Source: Squalus acanthias (taxonomy: Eukaryota). Taken from it: 64,000 bases of DNA. The notes under the pieces were generated by a model. The model ran no database searches, was not told where the DNA came from, and saw nothing but the letters and a program-made list of their open reading frames with translations. Location of the stretch: contig CM059432.1 of the NCBI GenBank assembly GCA_030390025.1, positions 147,376,001 to 147,440,000 on the forward strand, in the 5' to 3' direction. The position numbers were made by a program, and so were the translations under genes. Shown piece after piece: positions 1-13,152 of this stretch (its first letter is position 1; each line of letters starts with the position of its first letter).

Positions 1-1517
1 GGGTCGTAGTTACTGCGATGCGACCCCTGGGATCACGTGGGCCATGGAGAGCCAATGGCAGCAGACCATCTTTCATTCATAGATTTGACAGGAAGACCTG
101 ACAAATCTATGAATTGAAATCGGCCCCAAAACAACACCTAAACTTCAAATAATTTTTTTAAAAAACCATCACATTTTTAAAATAACTATGGGGGAAAAAT
201 TCAGTTGGTTGCGCCTCCTGTTAGCGCCTTAAGAGGGCGCTAATGGGGCGCAAAGCATCTAGCGCCCAGGCGCGGCAAAGTTTGCGCTGCTCGCGAAATT
301 AACTAGACATTTTGCGGCGGCGCTAAACACTACCGCCACGATCTCCTGCGCCGCCAGATCATGACGTCACTCGAGTGCGCAACGCCCCGGTATCGCCCCG
401 GAGCGGATATTGAGTGGCGCCCCCTGCCTTACTGCCTGATGCGAGCAACGACAGGTTGAGGTGAGCGTTCTGCAGTCATGAAGGGAAAGGGGGAGCGCTA
501 TTTAAAGGTGACCGCTTCCTGCCTTTTATTGTTGGTGCCATTTTTGAACTACGCATTCTGAGAGAGAGAGAGGGAGAGACTTCTGGAGAGATTCAACGTT
601 GTGTGAAGGAGTTTTGGGTACTGAGCAGCACTTTGCAGGTTCATTTTGAGTTGCCATTCCTTGTATCAATTTAGCAGAGACTGTGGGGGCTGCACTCTGA
701 GCTCTTTGCCTGGTACTCTCCATTGTTCTTTCCAGCACATTTGATGTACAGGTCTCTCCAGGCTGAGATTCAAGGCTGCAATGAGCAGGATGTGGATGGA
801 AAGCAAGATTAACCATCCCCTTTAAGAACTGGCCCGTGCCATTGTGTGTGTGTTCCATTGCTGACTGACATTACATGAGCTTCGCCAGCGCTCTGAGGTA
901 ACGCCTCGCTCCTCGGCCTTTGCGCCTTAAGACAGGTGTGAAGCGCCTGATTTAGCGCTCCAATCACCTCCAGGGGCGATAAAAGTCAAGTTTGCAGTCG
1001 GTGGCGATAATTAGCGCCAGGCGCTAATCTTTGCACCCAGCCGATAATTGCGCCCCAAATGGGGTGATACTGAATTTCTCCCCCTATAAGTTAAATAAAT
1101 TAACTACATTAAACAAAAATTTAAATTTTTGAAAAAATTAAAATACTTTTTAATAGTGCTAAAAATAAACTTACCTTTCTTTAAAGTATCTAAAAAAGAT
1201 AAACCTGTTGAAAATGTTTTAAAATTGTAATTAATTAACCACTTACCTTGTTGAAAACGGGTCTTGCGCCTCCTTTTGAAATGTGCAGCTTCTTCCATAC
1301 TTACCCTCCCGGAGAAACCTGAAAAAAAACCCTAAGTTCGCTGCGTGCGCGCAGCCTCTCCCGCGTACGCGGTTCACCTCTGAACCGCTCCCTTCACGAG
1401 ACCAGAAGTTCCGGTTTCCCGCGCATGCGCAGTGCATACAGGAAACCGACACTTCAGGAGGCCTTACGGGTGAGTACACAACGCGTACTCACCCGGCAAG
1501 TGCCGAATTTTTGGCCC
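1..1517. mobile_element. Harbinger-type non-autonomous element running off the window start, interrupted by the MITE at 190-1084
   Basis: AT-rich sequence is continuous on both sides of the MITE. The CpG-rich right end finishes with CCGAATTTTTGGCCC, like other Harbinger termini here. Confidence 0.5.
190..1084. mobile_element. PIF/Harbinger MITE, family A
   Basis: TIRs GGGGGAAAAATTCAGT / ACTGAATTTCTCCCCC with a 3-bp TSD TAT. Homologous in reverse orientation to 37340-38144 and 55520-56261. Confidence 0.88.
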
Positions 1518-1934
1518 AATACCTTTGAACTGTAGACCATTTCCTCCTATGAGGGGAAAAGATGTTTGTCCTGATTTTACATTTTGCGCCCATTCCAGGC
1601 TTCGAGCTCCCTCCGTCGGAGCAGCAGGGTGTGGCACCTCATTGGGCCAGGCACCTCTGTTACCCCCCTCCCCCCCACCCACCCCACAGGTATGGGTCAG
1701 GTGCCTCAGTCAGTGGACAGTCAGCAGACCGAAGTCCTACACTGTTGCTCTTCTGGTGGCAGAGCGGGAACTCTCTGGGCATTTTCTGGCCTAAGTATTG
1801 AAATATAAACTCCACTTATTTGAACATGCACCTTGATATGTTGACCCACTATTCAACTGAATCATCCAGCTGTTACTTTTTTAATGAAAAGCTTGCCGGA
1901 CATTCATTACATGCACAAGAGAAAGGATGTGAGG

Positions 1935-2716
1935 AACGACAAGGGTTGGCTCCCTGGTGCCAGGGTAACAGACATCACTGAATGGGCGCAGAACATTTTA
2001 TGGGGGGAAGGGGAACAGCCAGGAGTCATGGTCCATGTGGGAACCAAGGACATAGGTAGGAAAAGGGTTGAGGTCCTGCATTCAGAGTTTCAGGAGCTCA
2101 GGAGGAAATTGAAAAGCAAGACCTCAAAGGTAGTAATCTCTGCATTCTTCCCAGTGCCACGCACTAGTGAGTATAGGAATGGTAGGATGATACAGGGTAA
2201 CGCCCAACGGGAGAAATGGTGCAGGAGGGAGAGCATCAGATTCCTGGGGCATTGGGACCAGTTCTGCGGCAGAACGGACATGTTCAAGGTGGACGGGTTG
2301 CACCTCAACAGAGCTGGGACCAATGTTCTCACTGAAAGTTTAACTAGTACTGTGGGGAAGGTTTATACTAATTTGGCAGGGAGATGGGCACCAGGCTGAA
2401 ACAGTAGAGAGGAGAAACAAAGTGCACAGAGGACTGGGAGAGGCAAAAAGCACTAGAGTAAAGAATAGGACATAGGAACACAGGGACAAGAGTCGGCCAA
2501 TCAGCCCCTTGAGGCTGTTTCACCATTAGTTCAGAATAGTTCAGAAATAGGAGGGATCAGACAGGGGGAAAATATGAAGCAGTCTAAGATGGATTTGGAG
2601 TACAGAGTGTGGTAAATAAGGTAGGTGAGCTGCAGGTACCAGTCGCCATATGGGACTATGATATAGTAACAATAACAGAGAGCTGGCTCAAAGAAGTGGA
2701 GGATTGGGGACTTAAT
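1935..2716 (+). mobile_element. CR1 LINE fragment: ORF1 SGNH esterase region plus degraded start of ORF2
   Basis: ORF 1884-2399 has LPGARV, VHVGTKDIG and DGLHLNRAG motifs typical of the CR1 ORF1 esterase. Confidence 0.85.
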
Positions 2717-5700
2717 GAGGGAGAAATTCATTATCGCCCAGAAATGGGGGCTAACTTCTGAAAAGTTTGAGATTTAGCGCCAGGCGCTAATGAATCTCGC
2801 TGCACGCTAAATTCAGTGTCATCGCTCAAAGAAAGGACTGGAGCGCTAAATCAAGCGCTAATGACCTAGCTCAGTGGCGTTAGACTCAAAGCGCTAAGCA
2901 ATTTCAGGTGCCGTCTAATCGCTAGTCATCATTGCCACAGGCTCTTTCCAGTTCTTAAAGGGGAGGTTCATTGATGCTGCAGAACCTCATTCTCAGCATT
3001 GCTGGTTCTGCAGCTGTCTCAGCAAGCAGCAGAAGGCCAAGGAGAAGGAACCAGACCACTGAAGGAGGTGTCATTATGGTAGATCAATGGCCCAGGGAGA
3101 GACCCCGTAGATTCTGCGACCAGGCATTGGGGGCCTTGGTCCTCATTGTGGAGAGACGAGGGGGGGTGGGCTGCAATATCGGGTGCAGTCCACTGACCAA
3201 TAAAATTTGGCCTAGGCTCTCTTCACTACTTAAAGGGGAGGTTCTTTGTTACAGAAGCACGTCATTATCAGTGTGGATAAAGCTATAGCTTAACAGGCAA
3301 GAGAGAGGGCGAGGAGATTTTCGGTTGTGGCACTTGGAGACCTTGGTCCTGGGGGGTGCAGGAGGCCTTCCAGGCAGAACAGATGTGGGAGGATGTGGGT
3401 GGAGATAGCTGAAGCTGTCAGTGCGACGAGTGTTGTCCCCAGTACCTGGATCCAGTGCCACAAGTAGTTTAAGGACCTCACACGAGTGGTCAAGGTGAGT
3501 GAATGCATCTTCAAATGACATATCTGCACCACAAGCCTCACACACTGCTCAATGCACCACACCCCCATCACTCACCTACCAACAATCTCCAGCAATCACC
3601 ACTCATACCTCACAGTCATAGCTTCACCTCACCCTCACACACTTACCACTGTTGCAAGACATCTCACACCTTGCACACACTGCCAGCTATTCAGCCATGG
3701 CAGGCACATCTCCCAAACACATTGCACCACCCTCACTGACACTCTTCACCCAAACACATTGCACCACACTCACTGACTCACTTCACCCAAACACATTGCA
3801 CCACACTCACTGACACACACATCACCCAAACACATTGCACCACACTCACTGACTCACTTCACCCAAACACATTGCACCACACTCACTGACACACACTTCA
3901 CCCAAACACATTGCACCACACTCACTGACACACTTCACCCAAACACATTGCACCACACTCACTGACACACTTCACCCAAACACATTGCACCACACTCACT
4001 GACACACTTCACCCAAACACATTGCACCACACTCACTGACACACTTCACCCAAACACATTGCACCACACTCACTGACACACATCACCCAAACACATTGCA
4101 CCACACTCACTGACACACTTCACCCAAACACATTGCACCACACTCACTAACACGCACATCGCCCAAACACATTGCACCACACTCACTGACACACACATCA
4201 CCCAAACACATTGCACCACACTCACTGACACACACATCACCCAAACACATTGCACCACACTCACTGACACACATCACCCAAACACATTGCACCACACTCA
4301 CTGACACACACATCACCCAAACACATTGCACCACACTCACTGACACACTTCACCCAAACACATTGCACCACACTCACTGACACACACTTCACCCAAACAC
4401 ATTGCACCACACCCACTGACACACTTCACCCAAACACATTGCACCACACTCACAGACACACACATCACCCAAACACATTGCACCACACTCACTGACACAC
4501 ACATCACCCAAACACATTGCACCACACTCACTGACACACACATCACCCAAACACATTGCACCACACTCACTGACACACTTCACCCAAACACATTGCACCA
4601 CACTCACTGACACACACTTCACCCAAACACATTGCACCACACTCACTGACACACTTCACTCGAAAACATTGCACCACACTCACTGACTCACTTCACCCAA
4701 ACACATTGCACCACACTCACTGACTCACTTCACCCAAACCACATTGCACCACACTCACTGACACACTTCACCCAAACACATTGCACCACACTCACTGATA
4801 CGCTTCACCCAAACACATTGCACCACACTCACTGACACACTTCACCCAAACACATTGCACCACACTCACTGACACACACATCACCCAAACACATTGCACC
4901 ACACTCACTGACACACATCACCCAAACACATTGCACCACACTCACTGACACACACTTCACCCAAACACATTGCACCACACTCACTGACACACATCACCCA
5001 AACACATTGCACCACACTCACTGACACACATCACCCAAACACATTGCACCACACTCACTGACACACACATCACCCAAACACACTGCACCACACTCACTGA
5101 CACACATCACCCAAACACACTGCACCACACTCACTGACACACTTCACCCAAACACATTGCACCACACTCACTGACACACTTCACCCAAACACATTGCACC
5201 ACACTCACTGACACCCATCATCCAAACACATTGCACCACACTCACTGACACACTTCACCCAAACACATTGCACCACACTCACTGACACACTTCACCCAAA
5301 CACATTGCACCACACTCACTGACACACTTCACCCAAACACATTGCACCACACTCACTGACACACATATCACCCAAACACATTGCCCCACACTCACTGACT
5401 CACTTCCCTTTCTCTTGCAGGCAAAGGTGGCTCATAACCACCGGGAGCAGCAGCAACTGGGTAGACGGGAAGCCCGACTGCAGAACCTCACAGAGCCGGA
5501 GGAAGCAGTGCTGGAGATCATTGGAGGGGCCGTCACTGAGTCCGTGGCGAGTGGTGAAGTTGAAACCATTGCTGATGATGACGGTCTGGTCATTCCTAAT
5601 CCTCTTCTCACATCCCACTTCCCCCTCATCCCATAATCTCAACTCACCAACAAGCTGCTGATGGTGTATGCATCGATATCTTGCTTTCCCTCCCCGCCCC

Positions 5701-5835
5701 GCTCCCCCCCCCCCGGCTCCCCTCATCACAACCTGACCCTTGTGCCTTTCTCCTTTCAGATACCCAAGAAGTCCCACCAGTTGCTGGATTATTTCTTCTG
5801 GCTGCTGGTGCAATTGTACCCGTTTTTGGAGCTTT
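2717..5835 (+). mobile_element. Harbinger element remnant: Myb/SANT-like gene with a minisatellite in intron 1
   Basis: Terminus GGGAGAAATTC. RERPRRFCDQALGALV..ERR and TWIQCHK.FKDLTRVVK motifs, donor AAG|GTGAGT near 3494, acceptor TCTTGCAG at 5420. Colinear with 31815-35870. Confidence 0.82.
3710..5405. repeat. 37-39 bp minisatellite (CCCAAACACATTGCACCACACTCACTGACACACTTCA), about 45 copies
   Basis: Tandem array seen directly. Confidence 0.97.
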
Positions 5836-5837
5836 CC

Positions 5838-6450
5838 TATAGAATCATAGAATAGTCCAGCACAGAAGGAGGTCATTCGGCCCATCGAGTCTGCGCCGAC
5901 TCTTTTGAAGAGCAATCCAGTTAGTCCCACTCCCCCCTGCTCTTTCCCCATATCCCTGCAATTTTTTTCTCCTTCAAGTATTAAGCCAATTCTCTTTTGA
6001 AGGCTGCTATTGAATCTGACCCAAGCACCCTATCAGGCAGCGCATTCCAAATCCTAACCATTCGTTGTGTAAAAAAGCCTTTTCCTCCTGTCGCTTCTGG
6101 TTCTTTTGCCAATCACCTTAAATCTGTGCCCTCTCGTTATCGAACCATCAGCCATTGGAAACAGTTTCTCTTTATTCACTCTATCAAAACCCTTCATGAT
6201 ATTAAACACCTCTATCAAATCTCCTCTGAGCCTTCTCTGCTCTAAGGAGAACAACGCCAGATCCTCCAGTCTATCCACGTAACTGTAATCCCTCATACCT
6301 GGAACCATTCTAGTAAATCTCTTCTGTACCCTCTCCAAAGCTTTCATGCCCTTTCTAAAGTGTGGTGCCCAGAATTGGACACAATACTCCAGCTGAGGCC
6401 AAACTAGTGTTTATAAAGGTTTAGCATCACTTCTGGCTTTTGTACTCTAT
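5838..6450 (-). mobile_element. CR1 LINE 3' end; continues at 8382-8460 after a Harbinger insertion
   Basis: ORF 6054-6347 ALERVQKRFTRM...RRLRGDLIEVF is the CR1 ORF2 C-terminus, followed by a 3' hairpin and ATTCTATG tail. Confidence 0.9.
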
Positions 6451-8381
6451 GGCCTAGAAATTCCCTACCTTAGTGCTGGCCGTTAACGATAGTTTTCTTG
6501 AAAAAAATTATAGCTGCCCTGCTTCCGCCCGCTTCTGGCGTGGAACACGGCAGCCGTCATTTTGGTAAGGACCATAGTGCTGCCATTGACAGCGTTGGCC
6601 TCTGAAATATAAATTAACAGATCGTGACGTCAATCGGCGCGCAACGCCTGACTTGATGCCACGACTGCTAATTTTCGCTCACCATTACGCCGGGTCCTAA
6701 CCACGCACAGAAAAGTGTGCATGAAGCCGCTCTGCAGAGACGTTGTCAGTGCTTCTTAAAGGGACACACACATATTTCAAATAGGTTTGGATTTAAGCAG
6801 AAGAGGAAGATGCAGAAGAGGAGGAAAGATGCAACAAAGACAGTCCCTTTTTGGCCGGGATATCAGGGATTGAATCATCCGCCTGTGGTACCAATGACCA
6901 CAACCCGAATTCCCCACTCAACATTTGCCCCACACCTTACCGTCCTTCTGTTACTGACCATCACAGCGTCCTCTTGGCCACAATGCTGAAATAAAAGCCA
7001 CCACAAAGCAACCTTTCCAATCCAACTTTATCCATATATGCCTCCAATATGACATCAAGAAATCAACTAATCATACTTGTGCATTCCCTTAGTGACTGTC
7101 TTGTGTGTGCCTTTGCCTATCCTAGTGATGTTAGGTAGTGCTACCCTAGTGGCTGCAGCATGGCTGGTGGCCTTGCAGGACAACCTCGAGAAGCTGGTGG
7201 CTGGGAGTATCAAATCAAGTGAAGGTGTTTCTTCTTCTTCTTCACTCTCCTCTCGCTCTTGTTGGACACCCATTGGCTGGGCAGGCTGGATTTCTTGGGT
7301 GTGTGAAATGAGGAAGGCACAAGGGTATAGTTGTGGTGAGGGGAGGGTGGGAAAGCAAGAGGTGCATGCTTACACCATGTGCAGATTGGAAAACAGAAGA
7401 GATTGTGGGATGAGGGGGAAGTGGGATGTGAGAAGGAGGATAACGTATGAGGATACCGGCATCTTGTATTCTTTCAGCCCCGCCGCTGGCCAAGGGCTCA
7501 GCCATGCCATTGCCAAGAATGGCCAGCACCGTCTCCTCCAAGGGGATGAGGTGAAGCTAGGAATGTGAGGTGTGCCTCGTGTTTGATACAGATAGGTAAG
7601 TGATGGGGGGGGGGCGGTCATGTAATGAGCAGTGTGTGAGGCTAGTGGTGCAGTTGGTAGGAGACGGCTTTTGAAGATGGATTCACTGACCTTGACCAGT
7701 GGTCTGGGGTCATGAAGCTTCTTTGGGCACTGGAGCCAGGTGGTGGGGGCGACACTGCTGGCAGTGACAGCCTCAGTGATCTGGCCCCACATCGTTCTTT
7801 CTGGAGGCCCTCCTGGCCCCTGTGAGTAGAGGCCCTCTCTTCCAGTGTTGACCCCCTGCACAAAGCTGGAGTGCTGCGTGCCAGACCCTGGGTGCCCCTT
7901 CCCTGGCTTGTTGAGCCATTTGTGTTAGTGCTGAAGCACTTCTACCATTTTTTTATTTGCGGAATGCAGTTCAGCTTTAAGAGCTGAAGACTGCCATTTT
8001 GGAATTAGTTTAATGTTTATTTTTTTTCAGAAGGCAGTTGAGCTCTAAGGGCTAAAGACTGCCTATTTTTAAATGACTTTTATTTTTTTCATTTTAGAAG
8101 GCAGTTCCCCTTTAAGGGATCGACGCTGCTTTCTAAAATGACAGGCTAGCTTTAAGACAATGCTGCCTCGCTCCAGGGTCGCTACGGCCACGCTACCTTG
8201 GGCCTCCTGCAGAGTCTACCGCCCGAAACAGCGTGTTACGCAGCAGGTTTTGCGCTCCGCTCATGTAAATCAGCAGGGAGCCCCAAAATACCGGGGCTGC
8301 CTGCGCTCTTTTTGTGGGCGGCCGTTAACGTCGGCCTGCGGAGGCACCGGCCGTTTCCTGGCCTAATCGGATTTCCAGGCC
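6451..8381 (-). mobile_element. Internally deleted Harbinger element with Myb-gene remnant
   Basis: TIRs GGCCTAGAAATTCC / GGATTTCCAGGCC. It interrupts a CR1 and is homologous in reverse to 38546-41610. Confidence 0.8.
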
Positions 8382-8469
8382 AAAGCCTTTCTTTATAAAG
8401 CCCAGGATCACATGTGCTTTATTCACCGCTTTGTTAACCTTTCCTGCCACCTTCAAAGTTTTCTGCTCT

Positions 8470-11400
8470 AATACTTGCCAGAAGTTTCAGTTGTCTATCA
8501 GGAGTGGTCTGGCTGGTGCTGAAGTGCTTTTTTGTTGATTTAAAACCTTGTGCTAAATCTAGTTGTTTTCAGACATGGGTGGCCTGGTAGGACATCCCCT
8601 TGGAATTGAAAATGACTGGGAAAATGAAGAGAGGCCACGCTGATCAGGACAAACTGCTAGAAGAGGGAGGAGGAGGAGGGGAAAAGGGCTCTCAGCAGGA
8701 GGCCATATCCGCAGAGGGTCTTCAGGGAGCAATTCTCTTACCTCAACTTCAGTGAGGACCAATGCTTGAGACTGCTTTGCTTCATAAAAGAGGTTGTGAC
8801 GGAAATCTGCCAACTGATGCAGCCACAACTGCAACCGTCAAAGTGCAGGGTGCCATTGACTGCGAGCGCCTCATCTGGACTTGGCCATTTTTATGAACCG
8901 AAAGAGATTCCACTCGCTCTATGTACAGCTGGTGGGCAGCCGTTATCCTGGCACTAGTCACGATTCCTTCATTCTGCGGCAGTCCGCTGTGCCACCTGTA
9001 TTTGACCCACCACAGCAAGTCAAAGGCTGGCTGCTGGGCGACAAGGGTTATCCACTCATGGCATGGCTCATGACCCACGCACACGTGCACAGCAGGCATA
9101 CAATGAGAGCCATGCTGCCACAAGGAACATTATAGGGAACACCATCAGCGTCCTTCAGCAACGCCTCCGCTGCCTGAACCACTCCGGAGGAGCCCTGCAG
9201 TACTCAGCTGACCGGGTCTCAGGGTTAAGGTGGTTTGCTGCGTGCTACAACACCTGACCATTTTGAGGGAACAGCCCTTGTCATCACCTATCAGGAGAAA
9301 GGCTGAGGAGGAGGAAGTGAAGGAGGAGGAAATGCAACAGGAAGTGAAGGAACACGAAGAGGAAGGAAGGATGCAATATAGACAGCCCCTTTCTACATGG
9401 TCAAATAATTCATGGGTGATAGCAGTAACTTCAACCACTCCCATAGTGCCTGCCTTCCGTGTGCCTTTGCCTCTCTTAGTGCTCCTATGAGGTGCTTCCC
9501 CAGTGGCTGCAGCAGGGGTGGTGGAAGTCTGCTGACCTCCAATTGAAGAGACTGCAGATGGCCTTGGAGGGTGACCTCGAGCAGCTCTGGGCCTAGAAGG
9601 CCCAGCTTCAGACAGTAACATCTCGGCCTGGGCTGCAGCAGTCCGGGCTGGCTGGCTGATGGGCAACAGCAAGGGCACTGGTGAAGAGGTAGAGATGGGA
9701 GCAGGAATGCTCTCATCCTGAGAGAGGACAGCAGGTTCATGCTCCATGGAGCCACTGCCACACATCCTGGGCCGGTGCCTCACCAAATCTACTGATCTGT
9801 TGGAGAACAGATTGATGGACTGCTGTGACGTTGAACCGCGGTATCCAGAAGTCTAAGCTTCAACTGTAGCACTCAGCCCTTTGATGGCATTTTTTTGTGC
9901 TGCAATGGAAGTGTGACATCGGCCATCAGACTCTGCATCATGGTGGGATTCTCAGGTGTGCTGATGGAGGTGACCACCATATTGGAAAGGATGGGCTTCA
10001 AGCTCTGCACAAAGCCCCGTGCCAAGTTAGTGCTGGACTCCTCCATGCTCAGTGACATTGAACGCAGGCTTTCTGGCAGGCTTTCCACTGCACCAAGCAT
10101 TTGGTTAGGTACACCCGTCAGCCTTCTTCTGTAGCCTGGTCTATCAAAGTCTTCATCTGAGTTCTCTGCAGCAGTACTACTGTGCGAACTCGCCCTCTGG
10201 TGAGCTGGTACCTGCGCTATCCTTTCCCACCACCCTGACTCTTGCGCACATGTGACCAGTGTCTCACAACGTGCAGATCCCTCCTGTACCCTAGCCTCTA
10301 AAATACGCAGTGTCAGTATCTGAGCTGGTGGCTGTAAGTGTAAGCTCGAGTGACAGTGTCTCTTCATCTTTACTGTATCTTTTCTCTTTCTCCACTGACT
10401 GGGAAGGTTCCAGTTCTTGGGTAGCTGAAATGAGAAAAGGGACAAGGGTTGGGTTGTATTCAGGGGAGAGGAGAAAGTAAGAAGTGCGTGCTTACACCAT
10501 CTGCAGCTTGTGAGTCTGAAGAGATTGTGAGATGAGGGAGAAGTGGGATGAGACAAGGAGGATTAGGTATCCAAATGTTTGATGTGGTGATGTGGCTGTC
10601 ATGTTTGAATAGCTGACAGTGTGGGCGAGCTGCGAGTTGTGGGTGCGAGGCTTGCAACAGTGCTAAGTGTGTGAGGGTGAGGTAAAGCACATGAATTGTA
10701 GGGTTGAGTACTGATTGATGGAGATTGTTGGTAGGTGGGTGATGGGGATGTAGGGAATTGAGCAGTGGACGAGGCTAGTGGTGCAGTTGGTAGGATATGC
10801 CATTTGGCGATGAACTCACTCATCTTGACAACTCTAGTCAGACCATTAAACTTCTTCCAGCACTGCATCCATGTTCTTGGCATTGACCTCCGCCGCTACT
10901 TGTTTCCACTGCCTCCTGAGCACATGTCTGGAGGGCCAGCTGTGGCTCAGTGGATCGCACACTCGCCTCTGAGTCAGAAGGTTGTGGGTTCAAGTCCCAC
11001 TCCAGAGACTTGAGCACATAAAGCTAGGCTGACACTCCAGTGCAGTGCTGAGGGAGAGCTGCACTGTCGGAGGTGCCGTCTTTCGGATGAGACGTTAAAC
11101 CAAGGCCCCGTCTGCTCTCTCAAGTGGACGTAAAAGATCCCATGGCACTATTTCGAAGAAGAGAAGGGGGAGTTATCCCCAGTGTCCTGGCCAATATTTA
11201 TCCCTCAACCAACATCACAAAAACAGATTATCTGGTCATTATCATATTATTGTTTGTGGGACCTTGCTGTGCGCAAATTGGCTGCCGCGTTTCCCACATT
11301 ACAACAGTGACTACGCTTCAAAAGTACTTCATTGGCTGTAAAGCGCTTTGAGACATCCGGTGGTCGTGAAAGGCGCTATATAAATGCAAGTCTTTCTTTC

Positions 11401-11809
11401 TCCTGCCCCCTGCGGATACAGGATGTCTCTCCTTCTTTCCACCTTTTCCACCAAGACCTCCAGTGCATTGTCTGAAAACTTTGGTGCTCGTTCTCTCGCA
11501 CGTTCAGCCATTGCTCAAAGTATCAGAGCCCAGATTGACTTTTGACAAAAACTCCCACCACTTCCTGCAGCCACAATGCACCTCCCCTTTAAGAGGTGCA
11601 GGCTGCCTTTAAGTAGAGCTAGCCGCTCACGATGTCGGGCCCCCTGCTGATGTGTGCAGCCAGTGAACAGTGCTGGGCTGCACGTAGCAATCGTTTAAAA
11701 GAACAGGCAGCAACAATTTAACACACTGCCTGCAACGCAATGAACGGGCGCGGGTTAATCGCACACGTGATCGCCGCGCCCATTTTCGGGGTTAGCCAAT
11801 TTCTCCCCC
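8470..11809. mobile_element. Decayed Harbinger: transposase on + (~8576-9420) convergent with Myb/SANT gene on - (11511 to ~9470)
   Basis: Transposase motifs GAIDC, MNRKRFHSLYVQLV, PGTSHDSFIL, WLLGDKGYPL, YNESHAATRNII. Myb exon MAERARERAPKFSDNALEVLV. Right TIR CCAATTTCTCCCCC. Many frameshifts. Confidence 0.88.
10937..11400 (+). mobile_element. Full-length tRNA-derived Deu-domain SINE (SacSINE1/AmnSINE-like) inserted in Harbinger Myb exon 1
   Basis: A box TGGCTCAGTGG, B box GGTTCAAGTCCC, Deu core GGAGGTGCCGTCTTTCGGATGAGACGTTAAACC, L2-like tail GGCGCTATATAAATGCAAG(TCTT)n. Confidence 0.88.
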
Positions 11810-11969
11810 ACAGTATTTTGTAAACCTTTGTTGCATTAAACTAGACCAGGCCTGGCTTTGAGGTCTTGTCATTCGTACCAGAGCTAAAACTCAACTCTGA
11901 AGCTTTTAAACAGAGTGAGTTGCACAAATTAAATAAAATAGAAGGAAAATACGTGACGTGAGAGACATG

Positions 11970-12687
11970 GGGCTAGATTTTGAATGACCCATGGAGTCGG
12001 GTTTGGAGGCGTGTGGGGGGTTAAATTTGCGGGGTCGGGGGTCCCGACTCCGTCCCACCTCCAAGAGGCGGGAGAGGCCATTAAAGCCCTGAACAAGCCC
12101 TAAATTGGCTCTGTAATGCCATTTTGAAACGTTTTAGCTAGTTTAACCCTTTTCTGACGTGAAGCACGTCTGATGTGAAACACTCCAGTGAAACCTGGCG
12201 GGAGCACAAGTGGATAGCTGACTATCGGCTGCAAGTCCACTATTACAACGGAGATGTGATGAAGGTAGTAGTAGTATTAGGTGTGAAAGTTGCCTCTGAT
12301 GCTGCTGCATTGAATGTCTTCAGAGACTGCCTGGCCTTTGGTGTGAGAGGACTTGGATGCAAAAAAAATTCTCTCCCTCTCTCTCTCTCTCTTTGTCCTT
12401 CCCCCCACACACACATTTTGCATCCAGCTCCACTCACATCAAAAGCAAGCCAGGCAGGTCCTCTCTCACCAACAGTCTCTGAGACTAGGCAGTCAGCAAT
12501 GATGACATCATCAGAGGCGACTTTCAGACTGAAACCACTAATTGGTTCATGGGTTCCCACATGCTGGAACTCAATTGCCCAATTAAGTGAAAATTGCATC
12601 ATTCATCCACATTAATCTGGAGTCGGGGGGGAAACACGAAATGCGGATGACACGACCCCAACCTGACCCCAAGACAAAATCCAGCCC
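11970..12687. mobile_element. Harbinger-type MITE
   Basis: TIRs GGGCTAGATTTTG / CAAAATCCAGCCC; imperfect 3-bp TSD ATG/GTG. Confidence 0.7.
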
Positions 12688-12817
12688 GTGGGATTTCTGC
12701 ACTTGGAAACGAATCTAGTGATGTACAGATATCTGCCAAATATTTACTTAGAGCTGCTGCTTAAGTAGTGTTTGCTCTTTATGGAAATGAGTGAGCAGTG
12801 CCAAAGTATGCTAATTA

Positions 12818-13152
12818 CAGGAAACTCTTTGGTATCCGGCACCTACGGGACCGGAATGGTGCCGGTTGATTAAAAATTCCGGATAACGGAGAGGGTTATC
12901 TACCGAGGCTATTTTTAACAAACAAAGAGTCAGACTCCTGTTATTGCAGTGTTCAGACTTCCAACAGCGCCAAGAAGCCGAGTAGTGGCAGTTTGGAGAA
13001 CTACCCCCACTGACTAACTCGGCCACCGCGGGAGACTCGGACTCGGGCTCGGCAACATTTCCGGTTATTGAGGAGCTGTTTTCGGAGTATGAATTTTGCC
13101 GGTTATTAGAGAATTCCGGATATTTAGGTGCCGTTTAAACGAGAGTTTCCTG
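12818..13152. mobile_element. Tc1/mariner (pogo/Tigger-like) miniature element; sister of 36024-36504
   Basis: TA|CAGGAAACTC...GAGTTTCCTG|TA. About 90 bp and 60 bp of terminal sequence match 36024-36504 in reverse orientation; the interior differs. Confidence 0.9.

Noticed and set aside
3710..5405. 37-bp repeats as a CRISPR array
   Set aside because: The units are head-to-tail with no unique spacers, there are no cas genes, and the context is eukaryotic.
8576..9420. Domesticated HARBI1 or NAIF1/MSANTD host genes
   Set aside because: Multiple frameshifted, deleted copies bounded by TIRs indicate decayed transposons.
10940..11010. tRNA gene
   Set aside because: The A/B boxes are the head of a SINE that continues into a Deu core and LINE-derived tail.
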